Assembly (NCBI GenBank): GCA_045837725.1
Contig: JBEWZL010000073.1
Span: 172,481-192,480, forward strand
DNA from: Vermamoeba vermiformis
Lineage: Eukaryota
DNA: 20,000 bases
Direction of reading: 5' to 3'
The position numbers and the translations under genes were made by a program. The notes beneath the pieces were generated by a model. The model was not told where the DNA came from, did not search any database, and saw nothing but the letters and a program-made list of their open reading frames with translations. Each line of letters opens with the position of its first letter. Within the stretch, counting starts at the first letter, position 1. This document shows positions 10,047-19,943 of the stretch, in pieces.

Positions 10047-10383
10047 CATAGGGAGGAATTTGGCCGGGCCCTAACCCATCCAAGTGTCGAAGTCACGTTG
10101 AGGTGACTGACACGACCAAAACCATGTGATTCATCAATAGAAAGGTTGCAGGCATCAAGGCGACACCCCTCCATAAAGGAGACCGTACAACAAAAGAGTG
10201 TCCGCTACGGCAAGTGACAAGTCACTTTCTAGCCATCCAACTCAGTGCCAGTGAGAGTGCTGTTCCGAACCAGCGGTGTTGCCGAGGCAACACGACCTCC
10301 AGACGATACTCTGACCCACATCGTCGAGAATCAGCGCGTAACTTTCTCATTGTAGCGGCGCTAAGGCTTCACCCTTAGACGCC
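10047..10383. ncRNA. Candidate structured RNA / hairpin-rich GC-rich segment flanked by the 9-bp direct repeat GGATGTATT
   Basis: Stems at 10084-10113, 10212-10227, 10276-10293, 10302-10325 and 10356-10384, plus long-range CCGCTAC (10202-10208) / GTAGCGG (10352-10358). GGATGTATT at 10038-10046 and 10384-10392. No ORF in the track. Confidence 0.4.
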
Positions 10384-10439
10384 GGATGTATTACAAACAG
10401 TATTTATTATACTACCTACAGCAAGTTTGTTAACAAATT

Positions 10440-13400
10440 CTATAGTTTAAGCTTACGACAAACAGGTTTGTGTGTGTTCTTACAAGTACTGCACAGAAAA
10501 ATTGGTCTTTTTTTGTCGGAGCTGCATTTCCAACATACTGTGCTAATTTGCTTTCGTTTACGTGGGTTGCACGTTAGGCAAAAACCATTGACTCGTCTTT
10601 CAAAGACATCTTCGCTCTGAACTCGCACATGAGAAGAGAGACTTTTTGATTTCAGATCTTTTGCGACAATTATTCTTCGGGTTCTGAGAGATCTGTGTCT
10701 AGTTAACAGAGATGCATTTTTCTTGTTGCGTGCAGACTGCTCTTGACTAAGTTCATCCTTTAAAATTTGCAAGAAATCTCGAAATTGATCTTCGTCATCG
10801 TTCTGAACTTTCTTATAGTAGCGATAGCACTGGTATGAATTCCAAGTGATTATATTTATAATATTTTCCCATACTACTTGTGTCCATTTTGTTAATCTGA
10901 ATGGCCAATCAAACGTATGAATTTGTCTTGCCGCCTCGTCGACAAATCCTTTGGTCTTTGTGTATTCTTGGACAATAAGTGTCTTTGTACTCTGCATTTA
11001 CAACTAAATTAGTAACTTAATGATGCAAGCATAAGAAGCTTACTGAAGTTGACGGTACTCCTTGACACAGATCTGTCGCGGATGATGACGCTGCAATGAA
11101 ATTAGATAAACACTTTGATTAATATTGAACTAACCATCGACGTAATTGGAATAGAGATTCATAATTGCATTGTTATCGCGGAAAGAGTGAGCGATAATCG
11201 GACCAGCAGTGCCTTCTTTTTCAAACGTCAAGTGTTGCCCTGGTTCTTGTAGAGGATTTTGCAAAGTACCAAATATATATGAAGGAGCATTTTTCTTTGC
11301 CGACAACAAGAATTTAATGCCTTGTTCATCCAAAATAGTAGCCGTCTCTTCCGCACCCCATTTGCTATCTGTTATAATCACGTGGCCTGGCTTGTGATTG
11401 TTCAATTTCTCGGCTAGCTCTAACAGCTGATATTTAGGAGGCAGACATAGACCCAAGAATATATCGAAGTCCCAAATGTAGTAAGATTCATCGGCGGCCA
11501 AGTAGAGTAAGACACCGTTTGGATGTGGCTTGCTTGGAATGAATTGCTGAGTTACGTTAGTTAAAATGTATTATCTAACGATAACAAGTACTTACTCGGG
11601 CATAAAAGCGGCCCAAAAACGGCAAGATGGTTTCATCAAAGGTAATTTTTTGAGATGGAGACCAATTATTTTGGCATCGTTGAGCTACTTCTTGAGTAAC
11701 TTTGTCAATATCAAAGTGGAAATAATGCATAATCTGTTCGAATCGATCTCGGCCCATTTTTGACGATATCCATTCGTTGCCATACAAGGGATCTTTGATA
11801 GTCCAGTAATCTCTGAGGCGACGACCTTTAACACAACGACTTGCGATACCAATGGCAATGAATATATCAAATTCTGGCAGCGTAAGTGGTTTCCAATTTG
11901 TTCTTTGCTTTTGAAAAGTAACTTTGTCTTCTTCGGAAGGTTCAAACTCGGTACTAAAATATTCTTCCAAGCATGCTTTACGTTTGAAACCCAACTTGGT
12001 ACCGTTAGCAATCCTAATTGTGATCAGAATGTTTGTTTTCTCGTTAGCTTATGTAATATTTACTTTGTATTTTTGTGTCGGCCAAAGTGAGGTGAGTGAA
12101 ACGCATGCGTTCTTGCATAACTTCAGAAAATGAAAGACTGGCATAACGGTTTATATCTTCGACCATCTGTAAACGGGTTTGCTCTGCGGTATTCATTAAT
12201 TCTGAGAATATTCAACACTCGAATGAATGATATGTACCAGGCAAAAAGCGCGAAAAGATGCTAGCGTTGGTCATAGGCTGCTTATTGGTGGGCCCGCTAA
12301 CCAACGTACAAAAGGAGGTACGAACAAAACCTTTACTTGTTTTATCTCGTATTTGCCAACCTTGATTGGATAGTGCATGCGGAGATTGGAAGTACTTATT
12401 CATTATTAATAGTGCATTTGCCCGAATGTCCGACTCGCATATCCAATTTGTTTGCACCTTCTTATTTTTCCAATCGATGAGCCATTCCCATAGATCCTAG
12501 CCAAAATAAGACAAACATTCGATTATCTCGCATACGTACATTATGGAAGCGTACTTTGTAAATGCACTTGATTTGCTCAAGAGCTATTTTGCTTCCCGGT
12601 GCCACTTTATCCACCATAAGGAGATCGTCGGTTACAGCCTTAACAACAATATGCGAGTCTGGCAGCTGCCACTCCTTATCTATCGAAGGTGTCTGAAGCT
12701 TTGGTTGGCCTTTTTCCAATTGCTTGGGTTCTTAACGGTGCATTAGAATTAAATTAGCCGCGTTGCACTTACTTTTTTTAGGAGGAGCAATTAAGTTGTC
12801 TTCTGTTTCCAACAGGTTGCATGCGACACTGATTTTACGTTTCCTTGTTTGCATCGTACAGGAAGCAGGAACGGCAGTCTTCAACGGAAATTGAATGCCG
12901 ACTTCGGCTTGTTTAATGTAAACCACTGCACTGGCAGAGCAAACACCACCACTTAACTGCGAAAGAATAGCAACACGCTCCTAATTGACATTTAGTCCAA
13001 GATCGCTTGTTGGAAAAAACATACCCGTGTAACTTTAGCATCATTATAATTGTTCCAATGTAAAGCACAGCGTTCGTTGACAACAACTCCATAATGTCCA
13101 TTATTGTGAGTTTTTCCATCGTGCCAAATTACACCATAAAGTAGGTACAAAGTTCCTTCAAAGTGAACGGATGTTTCGATTGTCAAACGTCGAACTTGCT
13201 TGTGTTCATCGAGCTCGGAGAAACGATTGATTCGAATCAATAACAGTTTTGGGTGGTTCAACACCTGTTTGCGTAATTGGCAATCCTTTTTATCATTAGA
13301 TCGAGTACTTCGTTAACAAACATTGATAATAATTACCTTTGCTTGATATTCTACCACTTCCAGAGCAAAAAAATCGTCAATTCCTTGTTGAACACTCTGA

Positions 13401-14289
13401 ATGGATGGCTTAAAGTAGATGTCGATCCCTGTACTACGTTAGTTATGTGTCACAAAAACAATACGTACAGTTGATCTGCTCCACTCTTCCGTCGTTCACT
13501 TGAGTAGAATTTTCATCAAATATCGCCGTACTGAATTGGATAGCTAGTTCTCGCCGTGAATCTACCAAATTTAACAAATCTTGTAACAATAGGGTAGCGT
13601 CTTGTTGTCCAGCTTGCACAATTGTTCGTACATTAGAATCGATAGCGAGAGTAGTTGCTAGTCTTTCAAACAGAACTGCAGCATCGACCGGTTGGCTTTG
13701 TTCAACGAATTTGAGTAAATACTCGTTGACTAGCATCGCAATCTCGGTAGTTGACTGTTCAAACAGTTGCTGTAGACACGGGACCTTTGCAATAAGTACC
13801 AAGCATACGTGCAGAAAACAACGAACACTTGGGTTAACAAACCCAAATTTAAACAGTGGAGACTATCGCAGAAAATTAGGATTACTGCACAAGATTATTA
13901 TTCTTACCTCAAATTCAAATGGATATAATTGTATCTTTCCTATCTTATGCGAAGTAAAATTGCCTCTATTTTTTGGCTGGCTGTAAATTTGTTAGCACAG
14001 AAGACAGATCGACCGTCGAATTTTCTTACTTTAAAATGTTATTAATGATCGCAATAAATTCATCTTTTGCTATATTGCCGTGATATGCTTCGTAGACCCA
14101 GTGAATGTCGCCCATTGAGAGACCACGCTCATTTGTTTCGTGGAAGTGGATCAACGACTGCATGACATTTGGAGAAGCTACAAAACGTTGTAGATCGGTG
14201 TCTGAAGATACGACACATTAAAAATAATTTTTTAATAGTGCAAATAACATAGCCTTACCCGAAAAGACACGAACAAGCGACATCTGCAT
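10440..14289 (-). CDS. USP (peptidase C19)-chromodomain-piggyBac transposase (DDE_Tnp_1_7 + Cys-rich domain) fusion, ~1076 aa, 14 exons, one unresolved 1-nt frameshift between ~11900 and 12130
   Basis: Introns 14202-14258, 13981-14029, 13863-13907, 13429-13468, 13286-13336, 12981-13024, 12731-12772, 12497-12539, 12184-12237, 12014-12063, 11547-11595, 11091-11134, 10992-11043. USP: GFVNPSVRCF, GQQDA, YGVIWHDG..GHY..WNNYNDAKV. Chromo-like: EWLIDWKNKKVQTNWICESDI. piggyBac: INRYA, MGRDRFEQI..FHFD, FDETI, FIPSKPHPNG, ITDSKW, YTKTKGFVD, CLTC..CWKC..LCSTCKNTH. Confidence 0.82.
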
Positions 14290-14537
14290 CCAAAAAAAAT
14301 AGTACCTTAGTATTGGCTAAAAAATGTAGTAAATTACTCTAGAACGTCCAAATTTAATTGAGATTTAAGCCGTTTGGGTAAAATAAAAAATATGAATATT
14401 CGATTTCAAATTAGGATCGGGGTCATTTACCCTACTGAAGGCCGGCAATTGGTGGTATCTTGCAACAACATAAGCGTCGAACTGGTTCAAAACAGAAAAT
14501 GGCGAATTACTGAAGAAAAAGCACGTGAGTATTTATT

Positions 14538-16623
14538 TCAAGGAATTCCATCGAGATCACTCAGCTGGTTGAAAGCGGCAATGAATGCATTGGGATCGAA
14601 CTCAGGAACTTCAAAAAGTCCAAGCGAGCAAAGCAACACTTCATAATGGAGCTGTAGGTACTGTAGCACCAGATCCAGTGGCTGCTCGCCAAATATTGTC
14701 GCCATAGCAAGCCCACCTGCGTCACTTAACTCTAACTCATCCACAACACCGGCAACTCGTTGGTACAATTCGCAAACTTGGACCAGCAATGGATCTGCAA
14801 AACTCAGCGTCAACAAAGTGCATGATAAAAATGACTCCTCTTACTGATCGTTGGTACTGAATGAGCCAAGGGGTGTTCGCATAGGAATTTATGACGATTG
14901 AATAGCTCAAATGTGTAGAACGGCTCGACGGAGAATTCAGTGTATGCATCCAGGTTCACTCGACGAACTAACCACGTGCCTAATGAATCATTACACAAAT
15001 TGACACGGTGCGAAAGTTGCTTACCGATGAATTGGAAGACATCTTCTTGATATTCAACCGCAATTTCGAGAGGAAGACAGTGATAACAATTGAGCCGCAC
15101 CATGTCATTCCTTGCTGAATCTGCCCCGCGATTGACGACAAATGAGCCATCAATCATCGTGCCGCCCGCCCCACCAACTGTTATAACCCCCTCGCGCCAA
15201 TTACTCCAATTATTACCAGGGAAATTTTTCCGAAGTAACATCGACATACAACCTGGAGTGAATTAATCCATCGCGCCGTTTAATTTGCAGAATTGGAATT
15301 ACCTATTTGACTGAGGCCATTAAAGGAGGAGTCTATTGTTAAGCCACCAGTAAATTCTGCTTTGGCCAAATCGAACTTGGAATACAGCTCCCCAACCTGA
15401 GCTTTCGTTATTTTGATTGAAGTGATTAAACGTCAAGATTGTCACTTACTTTAAGATGTTTTCTCGGGCCGAAGATACATGATTTACCAACGGCACATTC
15501 ATGCAACTGCTCGATGAGCAAAACTCTGCAAGACGCACAATACAACAGTTGATTGTTGTGCAAAAGCAAGTGAGCAAACGCCCAACAACCTCCGGTGGGG
15601 AAAAATATATCAATCAAAGGCTTAATAGGTTCCGTATTCCGAGCCAGTCCACTGCGCGAGAGTTTTCGTTTCTTGGCATTTGTCGAAGGCCGCAGTGCTC
15701 GCCTCCACTGCATTAGCTTTTGTTTGTTGGTTGTCCAGGTCGACAAAGAATAACCAAGAGTTGTATTTGCCTCTATAAAATAATTAGTGGAAGTACAGAC
15801 TAAATATTAACAGCTTACCACAGTTGCGTTTCTCGGACTCGTAAATGTTTACATCTACATTACGAATTGTCGCCACCCAACGTATAAATCTGGAATATAC
15901 ACCGACTACTCGATGTTTCAAGTATGATTGCATTCGTTTTGGTTGTAAAAGCATCATATTGTCCACGAGCGGAATGTCAACGTCCCCTAAGCACAATGCA
16001 TTAGAAATTAATTGTTGCGTAAACAGTAACGCACTCACGAGTCCCAGTCTGCGAACGCTCCTGCACCACAAAGCGCCACCCCGGTGGGGCATCACAGTTA
16101 GCCACCAATTCATCTGGATCTACGAAACCAGAGACCGTAAACACAACAACGTCTCTTGCATTGCCCAAGTACTTGTCATCTAATTGATAAAATAAATACA
16201 AATGCAATAACAATAGTTTGTGTTGCATACTATCAGCATGCAATCCCATGGCGGGGAATACTTCTCGGTTATTTGCCCGAGCTAGTTCTATGTCATCCTC
16301 CGATAAAGGCGGATAGGCAGTAAACATTACACAAGTTGAGTGACTGCAAAAGTAGCCAAAGTCGCGCAGTTTTCGGAATAGTAGCTGGATGCACTTGGGT
16401 GTTTGATTCGTAGAATCACGGTAGAAATTGCTTCATAGTAGTTGTTAGAATAAATAAAATTGATATATTGAATCATACTTATAGGAGATACCAGTGCCAG
16501 TATTTCCGTATACTGCATACAGCCGTTTGGTAACTGCAGTCAACCGATCATTGAGGATGAGTATTCAGACTCGTCAAAAAACTGGTGATAGACCAGAATA
16601 TCAACGCCGAAAGCTGAGATCAT
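14538..16623 (-). CDS. AlkB-family 2OG-Fe(II) dioxygenase with C-terminal extension (possible SRA-like domain), ~578 aa, 8 exons, 1-nt frameshift near 16555
   Basis: Introns 16431-16478, 16180-16230, 15987-16038, 15773-15818, 15397-15449, 15253-15302 and 14795-14844 join five ORF-track fragments. Motifs: KRLYAVYGNTG..SY, MGLHADNDKYLG (HxD), IPLVDNMMLLQPKRMQSYLKHRV (distal His), RWVATIR (Rx5R). Confidence 0.78.
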
Positions 16624-17047
16624 TTCCGTAGCCCTGTGTCACGAGATCATTATAATTATATATAGCCTTAGGAGTAGGCTGGTTTAGGCTTATAGGCTTT
16701 TGACATTAAATGATGAAACTTGCCGTGTAATGCGTATACAAAATAAAAAAGTATATACAAAAATTAAAGTTTGATTGCTTATGGTTCCATGTATGCTTTT
16801 TTGAAAGACATTAATAGGAAACACCTATTAATATACTTGTATTGTGTAGTGACATCCTACAAGTTGCTGGCTGGTCTTAATGGGGAAAGAGTGAATGTGT
16901 ATACGAAACCTGTTATGTATACATAAAAATGCACCTGTGTCTCTAGGACTTGGGAAGAGAATTTGCTTTAATTTTTAAGCACATGTTAGACGAACATTAT
17001 CAATGAAACACTGAGGAGAGTTTACAGTACAAGAGAGACGTTTATTT

Positions 17048-17430
17048 TTACATAACATGTACATTTTGTAAATTGTATATACAAATTAGTTTGGTATATA
17101 CGTTCCACCGATTGTGTATACAAAATGGTGTCCCCTTCCTTTGTGCTGCCCCTTGGCGGGAATTATTGAAGAATGCATTAATTCCCCACACTACTAATGC
17201 TGTTAGTCATATATCTTACACCCCAAACCTTTCGACTTACCTTGTTGCAACAGAGGGTTTGCTGGTCCCCCTCTAGCAAACCCACGATGCGCACTTCTTT
17301 CAAACCCTCGTAAACCTCGTAGCTCGCGTGTTACGACCTAAACTAACCCTTCAGCAGTTTGGAAAAGGTAAGGTTTTACGTACCGAAATACGTTGCAGTA
17401 CTTTTTGGACTGTGGCGACAGCTGAGCGTC
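17048..17430 (-). other. Possible spliced small gene fragment or spliced non-coding transcript
   Basis: Two intron-like segments of the typical size: 17194-17240 (GTAAGT..GACTAAC..TTAG) and 17338-17383 (GTACGT..TTAG). Removing them gives an open frame AVATVQKVLQRISVVTRELRG...NVHVM*, but no convincing start codon was found. Confidence 0.3.
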
Positions 17431-17852
17431 AACAGGCCAGGTTTGATTTCAAAGCATGCTACACTTGAATTTCGCCGTGTAGTGCGTCACTTGAGTGATG
17501 TAAAACCTGAATCCAAAACACAGTAATAGAAAATTATTCGTAGTTGTAAGTCGTTCCTAAGTCTTACACGCTATTAACGATGTTAAGTGGGTGGATATTC
17601 ATTTAATAATAAAAAATTATTCCAGAAGTAACGGTGAAATGAAAAATATTTTATTGACGTCAGTATGTCAGACTGCCAGTCACGAATTAAAGTACCTTAT
17701 AATCCGTTTCCGAGACAGCTTTGTGCAGTACATTGAAATTTAATTGGTTTGTTCCAAAGAGCTCTGGTTGTAAAGGCTTAGACACGGTAACAAAAAAACG
17801 AGGAAAAAAATTAAGTTTTTTAACTTCAAACAACAAAACACGACCACAAACC

Positions 17853-18146
17853 ATGGACTGGAACCCAGTAAATTACCCCACCTGCAGTTGCATCAGAGTT
17901 TGCGTTACCGACGCTGAAAACCGCAAGTATGTACGACTCTCCGTTGAAGAGGCAAGACCGTTGGTTCAACTTGCTCCAGCAACTGCACTTGACCAAGTGA
18001 TCTACGAGGCATGGGCTATAACCAAAGCTGGAAAAGTCTGGATCCGAGCCGAGCTACACAAAGAAGCTCCTATAGTCTCCCATGTTCTTCCATGGAACAG
18101 CGATCTCTTTTCCAATGTCATTGTATTCTCCACTTTATTTGAATAA
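17853..18146 (+). CDS. Hypothetical protein, 97 aa (MDWNPVNYPTCSC...)
   Basis: ATG in ACCATGG context after a CA-rich leader, GC-richer than its flanks, stop codon overlapping AATAAA. No recognisable family. Confidence 0.5.
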   Translation: MDWNPVNYPTCSCIRVCVTDAENRKYVRLSVEEARPLVQLAPATALDQVIYEAWAITKAGKVWIRAELHKEAPIVSHVLPWNSDLFSNVIVFSTLFE

Positions 18147-18579
18147 ATCAATTTTCTAATTACTTGGTTAATTATGATCGTGAGCCTCTTTTTTCGTATA
18201 TATTATGATATGTGTATACAAAATAATGTACACACCGAAATAGCTTTCGGATCTGAACAAGAAGTGAATGTTCTTATTAATCATTCTGTAATAAGTCGTT
18301 GTTTTACATCAAACAATACATAGAAGATTAAATATAAAATTGTGAATTATTCGCTAAAAATCTCGCGTAAAATCTCGATCATCGTGTCGGAGTTCAATTC
18401 ATCAATTCCTACCTCTGAAAAATGTCCTCCCAATCAATTGTATTTATTACATCCATTTCGTCATAATAATTATTAACGGGCACCTAAATTAATAATAGAA
18501 AGGGTACTGCAGTACGAAAGAGAGCAGGTAAATTTTGTATACCAGAAATTTAGTGTACACAGTATTCTGTGCGCACTAT

Positions 18580-19421
18580 TTATTTGGCGGTTTTAAAGGA
18601 GTTCCAATCCGTACAAAATACAATCGATTGCCTATCTCCTTCAACAACAGGAAGGTTCTCGTGCAGCATCTTCTGCGATTGGAAGAAAATGACGTCGCCC
18701 TTTTCAAAGTGGATGCGGATCTTCTCGTCTCGGAAGACCAAATCTCCTCCTGTGAAGTTTCCAAATGGTAGAACGCAACACAAGCCATCAGGACGATCCA
18801 TGTGGTCGTAATGAGGGCCTGTTGTTCCCCAGTTGACGACGCACATTGAAAACGACTTGCCAACAAGTCGCGGGCCCGGAGTCTCCACGTCGCAGTATTC
18901 CTCGTACAGCTTCTTGCTCGTCTGCTTGAACAGCTTGTCCACTATTCTGAACAGCTCCATGTTCAGCACGTTGTAAAAGAATCTGCCACCTTGCTTAATG
19001 CAGCAGGCCATTCCGTCGCGCGAAAGGAACTGGCGTTTACGGTAACGCCGCCAATAACCGAGATGGTAGCTTCTGGTGTTGCGGCAAGCAGGACGACCGA
19101 TGGCCAGTTTGAGGGCACGAGAAGATTTCACTAAGTTGTTACAATACTTGAGAGGAATTTTCTTTTTGAAAAAACGGATGGCCACATTGCCTTCGGCATC
19201 CCAAAAAATAAAGCTAATATTATTAAATTAAAATAAGCACGTGTAAAATAATACTATAAAAATGCTACTTACTCGTCGTTAACTACCTGAAATTCTTTGA
19301 GGATAGGGTCATCGGCCGAGAGTGGTTGCACGTTCGGATCAAGTTTTCGCCTTGATTTCAAAATTATCTTACGCCTGAATACCTGACGGATGCGCCCGCG
19401 ACGTAAATTCTTGAGACCCAT
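18580..19421 (-). CDS. TET/JBP-family 2OG-Fe(II) nucleic-acid dioxygenase, 260 aa; exons 19421-19273, 19213-18580
   Basis: Intron 19214-19272 (GTAAGT..TTAG) gives an intact frame. Motifs: FSMCVVN, PHYDHMD (HxD), CCVLPFGNFTGGDLVF, KGDVIFF..MLHENLPV (distal His), GDRQSIVF (R..S, not the AlkB Rx5R). Basic, NLS-like N-terminus. Confidence 0.82.
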
Positions 19422-19925
19422 GCGTGCGTACTCAACAAAAAAAACTTATGTGGTGGACGGTGTAAGCGAAAATAAACTTTAGCCTACACAAAATCTCGTG
19501 TGAGATACACGAAACTAACCGTTGTGCATATACAGAATGTTTGGTTTTCTGGTATGCACAGAACAATTTTTTTAAGTAACGAATGAACGTAACCACCTGG
19601 CGCGGTCAGTATGTTTAAACAGTCAAGCAGATCCCGGTGATGGCCTTTTTTGGTAAAATTGAAGTTCGCTTCGGTATCTTCGTACTATCACGGGAAAATC
19701 AATTGTAAGTAATTTAAAACTGTTTGCCGTAGTGTGCCCGCAGCTTAAATGCACGGGAACCCGGGAAAAAATATTGTCAAAATAGCGCATCGGGAATAAA
19801 TTCGTAAAAATTTTTAAACTCCCAAAGATCGCATCTTCTTTGCAAATTTAATCCAAAATCCACTTCTTAACGATGCAGAAAATAGCAGTATTGGGCATGA
19901 ACAGCCGAAAACTGTGCAACACATT

Positions 19926-19943
19926 GTTTCGTGTACACGAAAC
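19926..19943. promoter_or_regulatory. Perfect 18-bp palindrome GTTTCGTGTACACGAAAC
   Basis: Self-reverse-complementary; shares the GTRYAC core of the dispersed motif. Confidence 0.45.

Larger units (their letters stand above)
16733..18556. repeat. Dispersed GTATAC/GTACAC-cored motif (TGTGTATACAAAAT family)
   Basis: Exact TGTGTATACAAAAT at 17113-17126 and 18211-18224, with variants at ~16734, ~16751, ~16896, ~16916, ~17075 and ~18533. Confidence 0.55.

Noticed and set aside
10069-10077. CCCTAACCC as a telomerase RNA template
   Set aside because: A 9-mer alone is weak evidence; no pseudoknot or promoter could be identified, and the TE-like context argues against it.
10047-10383. Known RNA (tRNA, RNase P/MRP, group I intron, hammerhead, Fanzor/TnpB omega RNA)
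   Set aside because: Diagnostic conserved motifs were not found by eye and no RuvC/TnpB ORF is present in the window.
11209-16183. Plus-strand ORFs across the transposase and AlkB genes, and alternative-frame minus ORFs (11685, 12913, 14737)
   Set aside because: Shadows or off-frame readings of well-supported spliced minus-strand genes; part of the 11685 frame might be used near the unresolved frameshift.
16733-18556. CRISPR-like array from the GTATAC repeats
   Set aside because: Repeats are short, degenerate and irregularly spaced, with no cas genes, in a eukaryotic context.
18535-18866. ORFs 18535+, 18569+ and 18576-
   Set aside because: They overlap the TET/JBP catalytic domain, whose frame carries all the conserved motifs.
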